In this document: in pieces, positions 39,134 to 50,003 of the stretch
Numbering within the stretch: the first letter of the stretch is position 1
How the letters are laid out: each line of letters opens with the position of its first letter
Source of the DNA: an uncultured virus (IMG/VR IMGVR_UViG_3300010160_000038)
Taxonomy: Duplodnaviria > Heunggongvirae > Uroviricota > Caudoviricetes
Virus record (IMG/VR): IMGVR_UViG_3300010160_000038
Reading direction: 5' to 3' (one strand)
Length of the DNA stretch: 64,000 nucleotides
Translations under genes and position numbers: made by a program
The notes under the pieces: generated by a model
The model's database searches: none
What the model saw: only the letters and a program-made list of their open reading frames with translations
What the model was told of the DNA's origin: nothing

Positions 39134-39523
39134 ATGAACTTTTTTTGTGTATATGTAAAAACTCGTAAAAAAATTGATAAATATATAAAGGTTAATAAAA
39201 TAAGAAACAAATATATAATTGATTTAAAAAAAATTATAGAGGAAGAGGAATTACAAGATTCTGATGATAAAACTTATTTAAAAATATTAATTTTTAATAA
39301 AATTCAAAAAGCAATTGAAAAGAAAAAGGATATATATTATATACCTGATTTTGATAATGATTTTTCAATTGATAAGTTATTAAACTTGAAGAAAATATTA
39401 GGTGATAATAATTTTAATGTTTTAGTTTTCTATAATGAATTTAGAAGAGAAAATAATATTTTAGATCCTTTATTTGAGAACTTATCGAAATTTACATCTT
39501 CACAAATACTAAGAGATTATTAA
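39134..39523 (+). CDS. Hypothetical protein
   Basis: ORF. Confidence 0.6.
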   Translation: MNFFCVYVKTRKKIDKYIKVNKIRNKYIIDLKKIIEEEELQDSDDKTYLKILIFNKIQKAIEKKKDIYYIPDFDNDFSIDKLLNLKKILGDNNFNVLVFYNEFRRENNILDPLFENLSKFTSSQILRDY

Positions 39524-39554
39524 TTAATATATAGTTAAAAATTAAGTTTTTACA

Positions 39555-41414
39555 ATGGCAATATTAGGTGGATCGCCACTAGGTTTAATAGGTTTAGCAA
39601 GTAGACCAACAAATGGAACTTCTGGTTTTAATGGTGGTAAAACTCGTAATGTTAAGGTTAGTGATTATAATAACTCAAAGGCTGGTACTTTATTCACAGG
39701 TAGAAGATATCTTAGAGCATATCCTAATATCAATTCAACAGAAGGTGGTTATGATACATTAGGGACTAATGATGTTGATTATGAGGGTATTAAAAAGGGA
39801 ACAAGTAAAGATTTATTTACTAGAAAAGCCTTACATTCAAATAGTATATATGATACTAGTATATTGAATATAATTGAAAAATTAGCACCAACTAAAGCAG
39901 CTTTAAGACCAGCAGATTTTGCATATTTAAAATATGTAGGAGTTTATCCAAATAATAGATTAATGATTGCTAGAAGATTTGCAACACCAACACAAGATAA
40001 TATAATGGTTAAGAAGAACTCTAAAAATGATATAGCATCACTTGCTACTATGATTTCATGGGTTAAAGAAGGTGATGATTTCTTAGATATAAGTTTTGGT
40101 GAAGAATGGGAACCAGCTGAAGCTGATTTTAAAAATATTTTAAATTCATTTGGTGAGGATTTTAATAAAAAAGGTCTAGGTGATTTAGCTGGAGGTGGAG
40201 GTGGATTAATACCTCTTCCTGGTTTTACTGAAATTTTCCAAAGAAAATTTCTTTCTAATTTAGGTGTTATGGATGATAATGCAGCAGCTTCAATTCCAGC
40301 TGGTAATCCTAATTTAATTAAAGAAGCTAAACAGAGAAAAACTGTTGGGTATGAACAAGCAGGTGCTGGTTTAAAGTGTAAAATATCTATAAAAATGGAA
40401 TGTGTCTATGAATTGAAATTCATAGCTGGTATGGATCCCACTATTGTGTGGATGGATATTTTGGGAAATATAACAAGATTTGGAACATCTAAAAGTGACA
40501 CTTATGGTTTGAGTAAAAGTTTCTCTTCTAAAATAGAAGGTTGGTCCAATAATCCTAGTAGAATGATAGATGATATATTAACTGGTTTGACAAAAGCTAT
40601 AAAAGGGGTTGTTGAAGAATTGAAAAAAATAGTTGATAGTTTTCAAGAAGCAGTAACTAGTGCAATATCTAATCCAGCAGCAGCATTGCAGGCTAAAAAA
40701 ACTGCAACAAATATATTATTGGATAACATAAAAAAAGGTGCTAGTGAAGTTATAAGAGCGCAAATAATGAAATATAGAATTAAAGTTTTAGGAATTGTTC
40801 ATGCATTATCAGGTTTACCATCAACACCATGGCATATAACAATTGGTAATCCAATGCGTCCAGTATTTTGCTCAGGTGATATGTTAGTTGAAGATGTTAA
40901 TTTAAAATTAGGACCAACTTTAGCATTTAATGATTTACCTTCTAATATAACTGCTGAATTTACAATTACAAATGCTAGGAGTTTAGGTTTACAAGAAATA
41001 ATGGCAAAATTTAATAGTGGATATTTAAGAACTGTTGATGTTTCAAAATCAATACATGAAATAAATATAAATATTGGTGATGGTAAGATTTCAAATGATG
41101 CAATTGGTATTTTAGATACTGAATCTACTATAAAAGCTGGTGTTAATATAACTGAAAGCCCAACTCCAATACCAGAGCCAAAAAGACAACAAATAGGGAA
41201 TAGTGGTAAATATTTCAATTCAAATGATGCTAAAATTCTTGAAGATGATGGAAAAGGAACTAAAAAAATTCAAGTTAAAGCTGAAGATGGATTTACATAT
41301 ACACTTTTAAGAGATCCTGAATCAGGAACCTATTCCAAAGTAGATTCTAAATCTTCTTCTTTAAATGGCAAGATTATAAATAAAGATGCAAATAGTAAAA
41401 AAATAGCTAAATAA
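39555..41414 (+). CDS. Probable baseplate / tail-tube-initiator protein
   Basis: PNNRLMIARRF, PWHITIGNPMRP, FNDLP; baseplate context. Confidence 0.55.
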   Translation: MAILGGSPLGLIGLASRPTNGTSGFNGGKTRNVKVSDYNNSKAGTLFTGRRYLRAYPNINSTEGGYDTLGTNDVDYEGIKKGTSKDLFTRKALHSNSIYDTSILNIIEKLAPTKAALRPADFAYLKYVGVYPNNRLMIARRFATPTQDNIMVKKNSKNDIASLATMISWVKEGDDFLDISFGEEWEPAEADFKNILNSFGEDFNKKGLGDLAGGGGGLIPLPGFTEIFQRKFLSNLGVMDDNAAASIPAGNPNLIKEAKQRKTVGYEQAGAGLKCKISIKMECVYELKFIAGMDPTIVWMDILGNITRFGTSKSDTYGLSKSFSSKIEGWSNNPSRMIDDILTGLTKAIKGVVEELKKIVDSFQEAVTSAISNPAAALQAKKTATNILLDNIKKGASEVIRAQIMKYRIKVLGIVHALSGLPSTPWHITIGNPMRPVFCSGDMLVEDVNLKLGPTLAFNDLPSNITAEFTITNARSLGLQEIMAKFNSGYLRTVDVSKSIHEININIGDGKISNDAIGILDTESTIKAGVNITESPTPIPEPKRQQIGNSGKYFNSNDAKILEDDGKGTKKIQVKAEDGFTYTLLRDPESGTYSKVDSKSSSLNGKIINKDANSKKIAK

Positions 41415-41415
41415 A

Positions 41416-41892
41416 ATGGATATAAAATCTTTAGTAGAAATGACAATTACAAATGGAACTTGGAATATAGGTTCACCATCTTTTGTTTATAACAATGTAG
41501 ATTTTTATGTTTATGTTGTTCAAAAAGGAGAAGAAATGAGAATAGATTTGGTAATACAATCTATATATGATAATTATTCATTAGAACATTTAGATGTTAT
41601 TTTATACATAAATAGTATAGATAATCCTTTGAATATTAGAGAAGGTATGACTATATTCTACCCACCATATGAAGAAATAAATTCTTTTAGATATTATAAC
41701 CAAAATGGTGATGTTGTTTCAAATGAAGATATTAAAACACAAATTGCTATACCTAATAAAACTAAAAAAATAGATAATAATAGAAAAGAGTTTATTAAAA
41801 ATGGATATTCATTACCACCTGTTGTATTGGATAGTAGTAACCCTAGTGTAACTGTGAATGGTGATAAAATAAATGTTGGTGGTATTAAATAA
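41416..41892 (+). CDS. Baseplate wedge protein, gp53/LysM-like
   Basis: YVVQKGEEMRIDL..ILYINSIDNPLNIREG..P. Confidence 0.75.
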   Translation: MDIKSLVEMTITNGTWNIGSPSFVYNNVDFYVYVVQKGEEMRIDLVIQSIYDNYSLEHLDVILYINSIDNPLNIREGMTIFYPPYEEINSFRYYNQNGDVVSNEDIKTQIAIPNKTKKIDNNRKEFIKNGYSLPPVVLDSSNPSVTVNGDKINVGGIK

Positions 41893-41903
41893 TAAATATT
41901 AAA

Positions 41904-43523
41904 ATGGAAAATAAAGCTGTTAGAATCAGACCAAAAGGAATTAGTGTTACAGATTTTGATATAAGAATAAAATGTGTTATTACCACAGATGACGATAATG
42001 ATGGTAATGATATAATAAAATATACATTAACTGGTTATACTGATTATGAAGTAAGTGATGGTAAAGGAGGTTTTCAACGTAATATAAAATTAGTTTGGAA
42101 AAATTCTGTTTATATTAGTAATGATAAATATACAGATTCTGATACTGTTATAAAAGATTTTATTAAAGTTAATTCATTATTAAATGGTAAGTCAGAAGAT
42201 TATTGGGAAATAATTCAGGATCCTTGGCTTAATAAACCACCTAGTAAAAGAAATTATGGAAGAGACCCATATTATTTGAATAATGGTTCATTTATTATAA
42301 TCGAGTGGTTAGATGATAAAAATAATTCAATTAATGTGATAGGTGAAGAAGGAATTGGAAAAGATGAGCCACTTATCCCATCAACATTGACAAAATGTAA
42401 AAATAAAAAGATTTTAATAGTTTTAAATAAAGATGTTAAAATAATAATTGATAATAATGAATTTAAAGAATCTAATATTTCAACTGCATTTAGTTATAGC
42501 AATAATAGTGATGTGAGTATAATAGAAAGGGTTATTTTTTTATGGAAAAAGATAGTACCAAATTATAATTTAGAACTATGCAATCCATCTAATACAGGAT
42601 ATTCTAATATAGAATTAATAAATCCTATAAATAAAAATAACGAGAAAGTTAATTCTAATATACCAGAAAAAAAGGAAGATATTATTTCAAAAACTATTGA
42701 AACACCAACCAATAATAATAAAATAAAAATGGTTTTAAGTGGTATAAGTGAAACTTATGATATAAAAGTTTTAAATAAACTACCTGCATTTAAAGTTTTT
42801 GTGGGTGATATCCCTGATGAGGAAAATCCTAATATTGACCAGAATAATAGTGATTCATTTAATCCTACTGGGGAAAATGAATATGTGGAAAATATTTACC
42901 AAGGTGAGGAAGAAGTACCAATGGAATTAATAGGTTCAGAGGTTGCTATATCACAAATTGATTGCACAGATCCATCTAATATGGGTCCAGTTGGTGCACC
43001 AGTTGATATACAACCTGTTGGTAGTTTTGATGAATTATTAAAATTAGCTGGTAAGTGTGCTAGGGCATTGGGTAAAAATCCAAGAGTTAAATATGAAAAC
43101 TTGAGACAAGGTTATATAAGTGGTGTTCATGGATTGTGTCCACAAGGAACTCAAGCTGTTTTATATGCATTGACTGGTGTAAAAGGATTAGGTATGTTAC
43201 CTGGTAATGCTGATTTCTTCACATTTAAATATGGTGGTGGTAAAACAAATTTCCCATCTGAATATTTCAATGATAAGATAAAAGTGGATATTAGCTATTG
43301 GAATGATAAAACTAGATGGCAAATAGGTGATGTTATTGCAGTTGGATATACAGGTGGTAAATTATATGGTCATATACAAGTATGGACTGGTGTAAATTGG
43401 ATGAGTGATTTCAAACAAAATGGTTTACAACGTTCACATGTAGATTGGGACACTGCTGCTTTATGGAGATTAAATAGTAAAGGTGTTGCTGCTGTTAAAA
43501 AACAATCTGGAACTATAGCTTAA
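41904..43523 (+). CDS. Virion protein with C-terminal CHAP/NlpC-like peptidoglycan amidase
   Basis: GLCPQG, GNA, QIGDVI, YGHIQVW..WMSDFKQ (Cys-His). Confidence 0.7.
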   Translation: MENKAVRIRPKGISVTDFDIRIKCVITTDDDNDGNDIIKYTLTGYTDYEVSDGKGGFQRNIKLVWKNSVYISNDKYTDSDTVIKDFIKVNSLLNGKSEDYWEIIQDPWLNKPPSKRNYGRDPYYLNNGSFIIIEWLDDKNNSINVIGEEGIGKDEPLIPSTLTKCKNKKILIVLNKDVKIIIDNNEFKESNISTAFSYSNNSDVSIIERVIFLWKKIVPNYNLELCNPSNTGYSNIELINPINKNNEKVNSNIPEKKEDIISKTIETPTNNNKIKMVLSGISETYDIKVLNKLPAFKVFVGDIPDEENPNIDQNNSDSFNPTGENEYVENIYQGEEEVPMELIGSEVAISQIDCTDPSNMGPVGAPVDIQPVGSFDELLKLAGKCARALGKNPRVKYENLRQGYISGVHGLCPQGTQAVLYALTGVKGLGMLPGNADFFTFKYGGGKTNFPSEYFNDKIKVDISYWNDKTRWQIGDVIAVGYTGGKLYGHIQVWTGVNWMSDFKQNGLQRSHVDWDTAALWRLNSKGVAAVKKQSGTIA

Positions 43524-44318
43524 TTATTTTGGTTTTTTATCAATAACAACTTCTTGGTATGCATTTGACCAATCATTTTTAGAAGCTATTGTATAAGTAA
43601 AACTATTACCATATAATTCTTTATGTTTATTACATAAATCAAAAAACTCTTTCAAATCTTCATTATTTGAAAATGTTTGATTGCAATCATCAGTCCAATT
43701 ACCACTAACTTGTTTACCTGGGTTTCCTTGATGAATTCCAATTCCAAAATTTGACGAATTATTATCATTTTTTGTATAAGGATTGTTATAATTTTTTGGT
43801 TTAAATTCTGTTGTTGTAAAATCAGAATCTACCCAAACCATTTGATTTGATTTTTCATTTGTAAGCATTGCTGGTAAACCACCCCAATTTCCAATATAAT
43901 ATACATCTTTATATTGAGCAGGTGGTAGTATAATCAAACCATCTATATTTTTAATTGGTTTATTAGTTGAATTTTTATTATTAGTTGAACTAATATTTGT
44001 TGAAGTTGCACTAATTATGTTATTAGTTAAATTAATAATATTATTTACAGATGATTGAGTTGAACTAATTTTATTGTTAATAGAACTAATTAAATTATTA
44101 GTTGTTATATTATTGAATATATTACTAACAGTTGCAGTTATATTATTTAAAAATGTAATATTATTTAAAGTCGTTGTTACTGATTTTAAAGTAGATGTTT
44201 TATCTATTATATCATTAGGGTTAAACGAATTTAATATATTACTAACATTGTCAGTTTTTATATTTGTATTATCATTTACAACTTTTAAAATATCTTGTAT
44301 GAATTTCTTTTTAGCCAT
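43524..44318 (-). CDS. Low-complexity N-terminus plus C-terminal half of a putative peptidoglycan hydrolase domain
   Basis: T/N/S-rich stretch then ILPPAQY, FGIGIH, NWTDDCNQ, FTYT. Confidence 0.6.
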   Translation of the reverse strand: MAKKKFIQDILKVVNDNTNIKTDNVSNILNSFNPNDIIDKTSTLKSVTTTLNNITFLNNITATVSNIFNNITTNNLISSINNKISSTQSSVNNIINLTNNIISATSTNISSTNNKNSTNKPIKNIDGLIILPPAQYKDVYYIGNWGGLPAMLTNEKSNQMVWVDSDFTTTEFKPKNYNNPYTKNDNNSSNFGIGIHQGNPGKQVSGNWTDDCNQTFSNNEDLKEFFDLCNKHKELYGNSFTYTIASKNDWSNAYQEVVIDKKPK

Positions 44319-44322
44319 AATA

Positions 44323-45552
44323 TTAATTTTTATTTAAATAACTATAGTAATCTTTTAATGTTATTTTCTTACCAACCATTGATAACCAATAATTACTATT
44401 TTCAAATTTTTTCTCTTTTAACCAAGAGTTAGTAACTTCAAATTCAACACCTGGAACAGATGAAAACATATATTTTTTAACATTCCAATTATCTTTATCA
44501 TCTTTATATAAAAGGTATATTTGATCAACAAATTGATCTGTATATTTATCACCTATATTAACACATTGATTTCTAATTGTAACAATATTCATTTCATATG
44601 GTCTAGTGTATAAAGTATATTTTTTATCACTTATAATTTTTAATAAAATATCAACATCAGGATTTTTTTCAACTTTAGTTTCAGGTGGTAATAAATCTGT
44701 TTTAGTAGGTGGTGTAGTTGTTTGAACAGATGGTTTATCAAATGTTTGTGTTGATGTTCCTTCAATTGGTTTAAAATCTACTTTTTCAACCGTTGTTATT
44801 TTATTATCTTCAACTGTTGATTTCCAAACATCTCCTTTTTGACCTTCTGCTATTCTATCCAATTTCTCTACATTCTCATTATCAACTAAATAAACATTTT
44901 TTGATAATATTTTAGGATCTTTGATAGCTTGTAAAAGCTGAATCTGTGCCATTAATGCAGGTGATGCTATAACTGGTGCACCAAGATTTCCTAAAAAAGG
45001 CCCACCTTTATCACCCATTAATATATTTAAAAAATCCATTAACCAATCCATAAAGTGATTACCTAATATAGCTTGTTGTGTTGAATTATGTGTTCCAATA
45101 TTTACTTTACCAAAATTATCTTTTAAATTTAAATCAATACTATCTTCTTTAACATTTACATTGTTGAATTTATGATCTAACTTTAAACCTTCACTATCAT
45201 TAACATAAATTTGGGTTTTATGGTCAAATAATAATGATTTCATTGATAAATAGTCATTATTATTTAATTGTGAAAGTTTTTTTTCTAAATTTGAATTAAA
45301 GTGATCAGATGATATATATTCTGGTTTATCTTTATTCCCACTATCAAATGTAACTATAACTACTTTTCCTTTATCTGGTAAATTAAAAGAATTTCCATTT
45401 AAATCTTTCCAAGGTGTAGCCCAAGGAATATCTTCTAATTTTAGACTTTCATATATATCCATAACACGGACTTTAACTCTACCTAATTTTTTAGGATCAT
45501 TATTATCCTCTACTACTCCTATATAAGTTTTACTACTATCAACATTTGGCAT
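44323..45552 (-). CDS. Baseplate hub/spike, T4 gp5-like OB fold
   Basis: YIGVVEDNNDPKKLGRVKVRV, IPWA, P..G..V.V.F, QAILGN. Confidence 0.85.
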   Translation of the reverse strand: MPNVDSSKTYIGVVEDNNDPKKLGRVKVRVMDIYESLKLEDIPWATPWKDLNGNSFNLPDKGKVVIVTFDSGNKDKPEYISSDHFNSNLEKKLSQLNNNDYLSMKSLLFDHKTQIYVNDSEGLKLDHKFNNVNVKEDSIDLNLKDNFGKVNIGTHNSTQQAILGNHFMDWLMDFLNILMGDKGGPFLGNLGAPVIASPALMAQIQLLQAIKDPKILSKNVYLVDNENVEKLDRIAEGQKGDVWKSTVEDNKITTVEKVDFKPIEGTSTQTFDKPSVQTTTPPTKTDLLPPETKVEKNPDVDILLKIISDKKYTLYTRPYEMNIVTIRNQCVNIGDKYTDQFVDQIYLLYKDDKDNWNVKKYMFSSVPGVEFEVTNSWLKEKKFENSNYWLSMVGKKITLKDYYSYLNKN

Positions 45553-45581
45553 AAAGTATATATAAAAATACTATGTTTCTA

Positions 45582-47360
45582 TTAAGATTTGCCCAAGAAA
45601 TTCTGTAACGAGTTTATAGTTTTTATTTGACTATTAATATTACTATTGCTATTATTATTTTTTGATTTTGATAATATTTGAACAGTTTTAGATAATAGTT
45701 GTAATCTACTTTGAGATTTCAACAATTGTACTTGTGAAACTTTATTTTGAATTTTATTTATAGAATTTGTAATTTGTTGAATATTTGCATTAAAAAATGG
45801 GCTAGGTTGTCCAAGTGTTATATTTAAATATTTCAAATCTTGAAATTTAGAATTAGCTTTTGATAAAAAACTATCTTTACCTAATATTTTATCAAGACCT
45901 TTGCCAATAGGTGTATTACCAGAGTTTGTATTAAAAAAAGGTGATGTTTTATTTAAAACTGAATTTGTTCCCAATATTGAACCTAAAAGTGGTATTTTTG
46001 TTGAATTTATACCTGGTGTTGAAACAACAGTAGTTAATCCTTTTGTAGTGGGTGCATTCATTCCAGTTTGACCTGTAACTGGCATATCAGTTGTTTTTAT
46101 ATTATTCTGGTTTAAACTATCTGAAATAGCACTTGATGGATTATTACTGATTGTATCTAATATTGCTGGTGATTTTACACCATTATTATTAAATGTATTA
46201 TCCTTACTTGTATAGAATTTTGGCAATGAAAAATCACCATTTGAACTTCTAGCACCTTGATTACCTATTTTCCATAATGAACCATTATTATAACCAATAT
46301 ATTTTCCAAAATTATTTGTATCTGGAACCCACTTTTCAAATTTAACAGTTGAATATTTGTAATCGAAAGATATATCATAAGATTCATAAACAGTTGGGTT
46401 TCCCATATCTATTGATTCATTATGTGCCATTTTATCAAAATAAAATTGACATTCTTTTAAAGAATAAACATGTCTAGAAACATTATCTTTTATTTCTTCC
46501 AAATTACCGGTTGATATAGATTTTCTAACTCTTTTATAATTTCTTATTTCAGAAACTATAATATCACAATTAAATCTTAATAAATTTTCAGGTATTAGAT
46601 TTTTACCATTTGGTCTAGACCAATATAATAATTTATATAAATGTGCTAATGTTGACATTGTAGATGAAACATCTTCAAAAAATGAAAGTTTTATAACATC
46701 TACATTATAATCAACTAAAAAACTTTTTTTATCAGATGTATTAGTTTCTATTAATTTACCAAGACCATCTATTTTTTGTAAATAGTAACCCATATATGAT
46801 GAGCGATTTGGATCATTTACAAATGAATTATTAGTAGAATCTGCATATGAATTTCCTTGTTTTGATAATTTATCAACTGATGTTTCATTTACATTCAAAT
46901 TAGCATTTGTTTTAAATAATTTTTTAAATTGTTTTTTAAAATCTGCTATAACATCTTTTTTAGAAGATATTTCTGAAATTGCAGAGAATTGTGTTATAAA
47001 ATCTTCAACAGAACCATTTAAAAGTGGTGATGATATTGAATCTATTATTATTTGAAAACCAAAAATAACAGGATCATTATTTTCATATGGTGTTCCTTTA
47101 TATGTTAAGTAACTAAAAGGATTTTGTTGGTCTATTTGTCCATCAATAAGAGGTGAATATCCATCAATATACAAACCATGTTTAAAATAATCACTTAAAT
47201 TATCATCAAATATATGATAATAATCTCTAGTGGAATAATTATTAACACCTGGATTTATTTTATGTTCATCAAAAAATTGTTTGGTAGATAATTTCTTCAA
47301 ATTATTACTTATTATATTACCATACCAAAGTGGTGTTGCATTTGTTCCTTTAAGTGCCAT
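45582..47360 (-). CDS. Probable baseplate/tail structural protein
   Basis: ENNDPVIFGF, IPENLLRF; baseplate context; late motif upstream. Confidence 0.5.
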   Translation of the reverse strand: MALKGTNATPLWYGNIISNNLKKLSTKQFFDEHKINPGVNNYSTRDYYHIFDDNLSDYFKHGLYIDGYSPLIDGQIDQQNPFSYLTYKGTPYENNDPVIFGFQIIIDSISSPLLNGSVEDFITQFSAISEISSKKDVIADFKKQFKKLFKTNANLNVNETSVDKLSKQGNSYADSTNNSFVNDPNRSSYMGYYLQKIDGLGKLIETNTSDKKSFLVDYNVDVIKLSFFEDVSSTMSTLAHLYKLLYWSRPNGKNLIPENLLRFNCDIIVSEIRNYKRVRKSISTGNLEEIKDNVSRHVYSLKECQFYFDKMAHNESIDMGNPTVYESYDISFDYKYSTVKFEKWVPDTNNFGKYIGYNNGSLWKIGNQGARSSNGDFSLPKFYTSKDNTFNNNGVKSPAILDTISNNPSSAISDSLNQNNIKTTDMPVTGQTGMNAPTTKGLTTVVSTPGINSTKIPLLGSILGTNSVLNKTSPFFNTNSGNTPIGKGLDKILGKDSFLSKANSKFQDLKYLNITLGQPSPFFNANIQQITNSINKIQNKVSQVQLLKSQSRLQLLSKTVQILSKSKNNNSNSNINSQIKTINSLQNFLGKS

Positions 47361-47378
47361 TATCTATATATTAATTTT

Positions 47379-49976
47379 TTAAGTGCTTCTGATACCTATT
47401 AATTTTGCTATTTTCTTAACATCATGTGTTATTAATGTAATATTTCTAGAAAGTCTATTATTCAAATCCATTATTATCAAATCTTCTATGTTTGTACTAA
47501 TATTATATGATTTTTTCAATTTTTCAGCATAATTTTTAAAATGCCCTGGTCCATTCCAAACTGCTCTAAACCACATAAATTTAAACCTGGCATCACTTAA
47601 TATAATTGTCTTCAATGGATGTGAGCCAAAATAAGTATCTAACCATTTTGATAAATTATCATTAGCATATTTAGTAAATGAATTCAACATTAAATCATAT
47701 CCTTTTGTTGATTTTTTAGGACTAAAATTATATTTCCATGTATTTCCACCAGCTGGGTATTTTGAGAAATCCCATTGACCAGTTTTTGTTTTAGAACTAT
47801 AACCAGTTTTACCACCTGTTTTATTTCCATAACCTGATAATTCATCAACAGTATTCCAAAAATCATAGCCATAGCTAGATTTTGCCATATTAACACGGTC
47901 TAATCCCCATAATGTTTCACCACTAGTTTTATATAAATTTTTAGAGTTTGAATCAAAATTAGAAGAATGTCCTGGATAATAATATCCACCTTCTATATAT
48001 TGAACCATTATTTGTAATATTTTATCATCTGACATATTTTTACCAATAATACCAAAACCTGGTCCAGAATCAGCTGTTGTGTTTAAATGACCTTTGATAT
48101 ATTCACCAGTTTCTGAATAATTAGAATCTGATAAATCTCTTTCACTATCAGCAATTTCTAATAATGACATTTGAACTTCATCACTTTGTGGGATAAATGG
48201 CATTTCTTCTTCACCTTCATAAACATTTTCTGTGAATTCACTTGGTGTATTAGTTAAATCCTCATCTGGTAATAAAATATCTTGATTTGGAATATTCTCT
48301 GAAACAACTAATAAATTTTCATTAATAGATTGTGTTCCATTTGGTATAATAGATTGTGTTATACCTCTATTAGATGTGTCAATAATTTGTTTATCAGTTT
48401 GTGTAGGTGGTGTATTTTTAACTTCTTCAGGTGTCTTACCAATTTCTTTTCTATATAATTTTATTTTTTGAACTAATTTATTACTTTCCCATAAATATTC
48501 AATATTTGATATAATCCACTCTCCTGTTTTATTCCAATGGAATGGATCAGGCATTGAAACAGTTGGAACATGATTTACAAAATTTAAATTAACTTTTTGA
48601 TATTTATATAAATTAAAATTTGGATTTGGTAAAACAATATCCACTATCAATTTTTTTAAATTATCTAAATTTATTTTATTTTGTGTTTTTGCATAATTGT
48701 AATCTTTATGAACATTATCAACATCTATTTTACCAGCATATGTTGTTGTTAAATTCTTATCATATAATTCATTGTCATTAGTATCTCCCTTTAATATGAA
48801 AGTTTTATCACCTTGTGATGTTGTAGAATCTACATCAAAAACTAAAAACTGTTTAGTAATACTATCATATGTTTTGGTTCTTTTCTTATACCCTTCAGTT
48901 AAGGAAACTTTAGTAGAATTGTTTATAAATCTTTCTTCTTTAAAATAAAAACTACTACTATTTAAACTGTTATCATCACTTAATGATATTGGTACTAATC
49001 TATCAAAATCAGTTGTTTGTTCATTTCCTAATGATCCTGTATCTATCCCTTTATCATTTGAAATATCTCTATTTGCTTCCTTTTCAACATCAATATAATT
49101 GAAACAATAATAATAATCAATATAACCCGTCATATAAGAATCATCAGATATATAAGAGTGATGTATGATTTTATCCATAAATTTATGTTGACGATCTCCA
49201 ACATTCCTCCAAACCATTGAATCATTTGTTTTCTGTATATTAGAATTATAACCTAAAGATAGTTCTTTACATATATCTCTTAAAACTTCAAATGAAGTTC
49301 CATTATATGCTTTAAATTTTATTAAATATAAATCAGAAATGTCTAATGCTCCTAATATCTTGTATTCACCTTCACCCATATCTTTAAAATCTTCAACTTT
49401 AAATTTTAAATGTATAGATTTTAAATTTGGTGATCTTGAATTTAAAAAAAATTCAAATTTAGTATCATCTTTAGGGAACCCCTTACTTTTAATTAACCCA
49501 ATACTATCCTTAAATAAAAAACTAATTTTTGGAACTATACCCTCATGATATAATTTAAGAATAGATATATCTCTATCATTTATAATAATAGAGCCATTAT
49601 ATCTTATAAATGGTGTTACTCCAATGCTACCAGCTACTAAATTTGTATCAGTTTTATCAGATGATGCTGTTATTTCCATTGGATCCAATTTAACAGTGGG
49701 TGGATCAATTTGTGTTATTATAGGACGTGGCAATTCATCTGGTTTAACATCTGAATTTTTAGTACTAGTTTCTTCAACATTTAATACATTTATTGTTATA
49801 TCTTTACTCTCAATTAAATTGTTTGTTGAAGAAAGGGTTAATACATATTTACCTGGAGTATCAAATGATAAATCATCAAATTCAACAAAACCACCTTTGA
49901 TGTCTAATTCATTAATTCCTAATAATAAACCAGGTCCTTCTTTTATAGATATAATAATTTTACCTTCCAAATCCAT
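47379..49976 (-). CDS. Probable baseplate hub protein with C-terminal lysozyme-like domain
   Basis: YIDYYYCFNYID, TGEWII hub-like region; C-terminal IEGGYY..SGETLWGLDR..WNGPG. Confidence 0.65.
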   Translation of the reverse strand: MDLEGKIIISIKEGPGLLLGINELDIKGGFVEFDDLSFDTPGKYVLTLSSTNNLIESKDITINVLNVEETSTKNSDVKPDELPRPIITQIDPPTVKLDPMEITASSDKTDTNLVAGSIGVTPFIRYNGSIIINDRDISILKLYHEGIVPKISFLFKDSIGLIKSKGFPKDDTKFEFFLNSRSPNLKSIHLKFKVEDFKDMGEGEYKILGALDISDLYLIKFKAYNGTSFEVLRDICKELSLGYNSNIQKTNDSMVWRNVGDRQHKFMDKIIHHSYISDDSYMTGYIDYYYCFNYIDVEKEANRDISNDKGIDTGSLGNEQTTDFDRLVPISLSDDNSLNSSSFYFKEERFINNSTKVSLTEGYKKRTKTYDSITKQFLVFDVDSTTSQGDKTFILKGDTNDNELYDKNLTTTYAGKIDVDNVHKDYNYAKTQNKINLDNLKKLIVDIVLPNPNFNLYKYQKVNLNFVNHVPTVSMPDPFHWNKTGEWIISNIEYLWESNKLVQKIKLYRKEIGKTPEEVKNTPPTQTDKQIIDTSNRGITQSIIPNGTQSINENLLVVSENIPNQDILLPDEDLTNTPSEFTENVYEGEEEMPFIPQSDEVQMSLLEIADSERDLSDSNYSETGEYIKGHLNTTADSGPGFGIIGKNMSDDKILQIMVQYIEGGYYYPGHSSNFDSNSKNLYKTSGETLWGLDRVNMAKSSYGYDFWNTVDELSGYGNKTGGKTGYSSKTKTGQWDFSKYPAGGNTWKYNFSPKKSTKGYDLMLNSFTKYANDNLSKWLDTYFGSHPLKTIILSDARFKFMWFRAVWNGPGHFKNYAEKLKKSYNISTNIEDLIIMDLNNRLSRNITLITHDVKKIAKLIGIRST

Positions 49977-50003
49977 ATAACTATATATTAAAAGAAAGTT
50001 CTT

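Noticed and set aside
42885..42906. ENIYQG resembling a TEV protease site
   Set aside because: Only a partial match to ENLYFQG with no relevant protease; treated as part of the shared acidic motif
43960..44300. Tandem DNA repeat in the T/N/S-rich region
   Set aside because: Low-complexity coding sequence with no clear repeat unit
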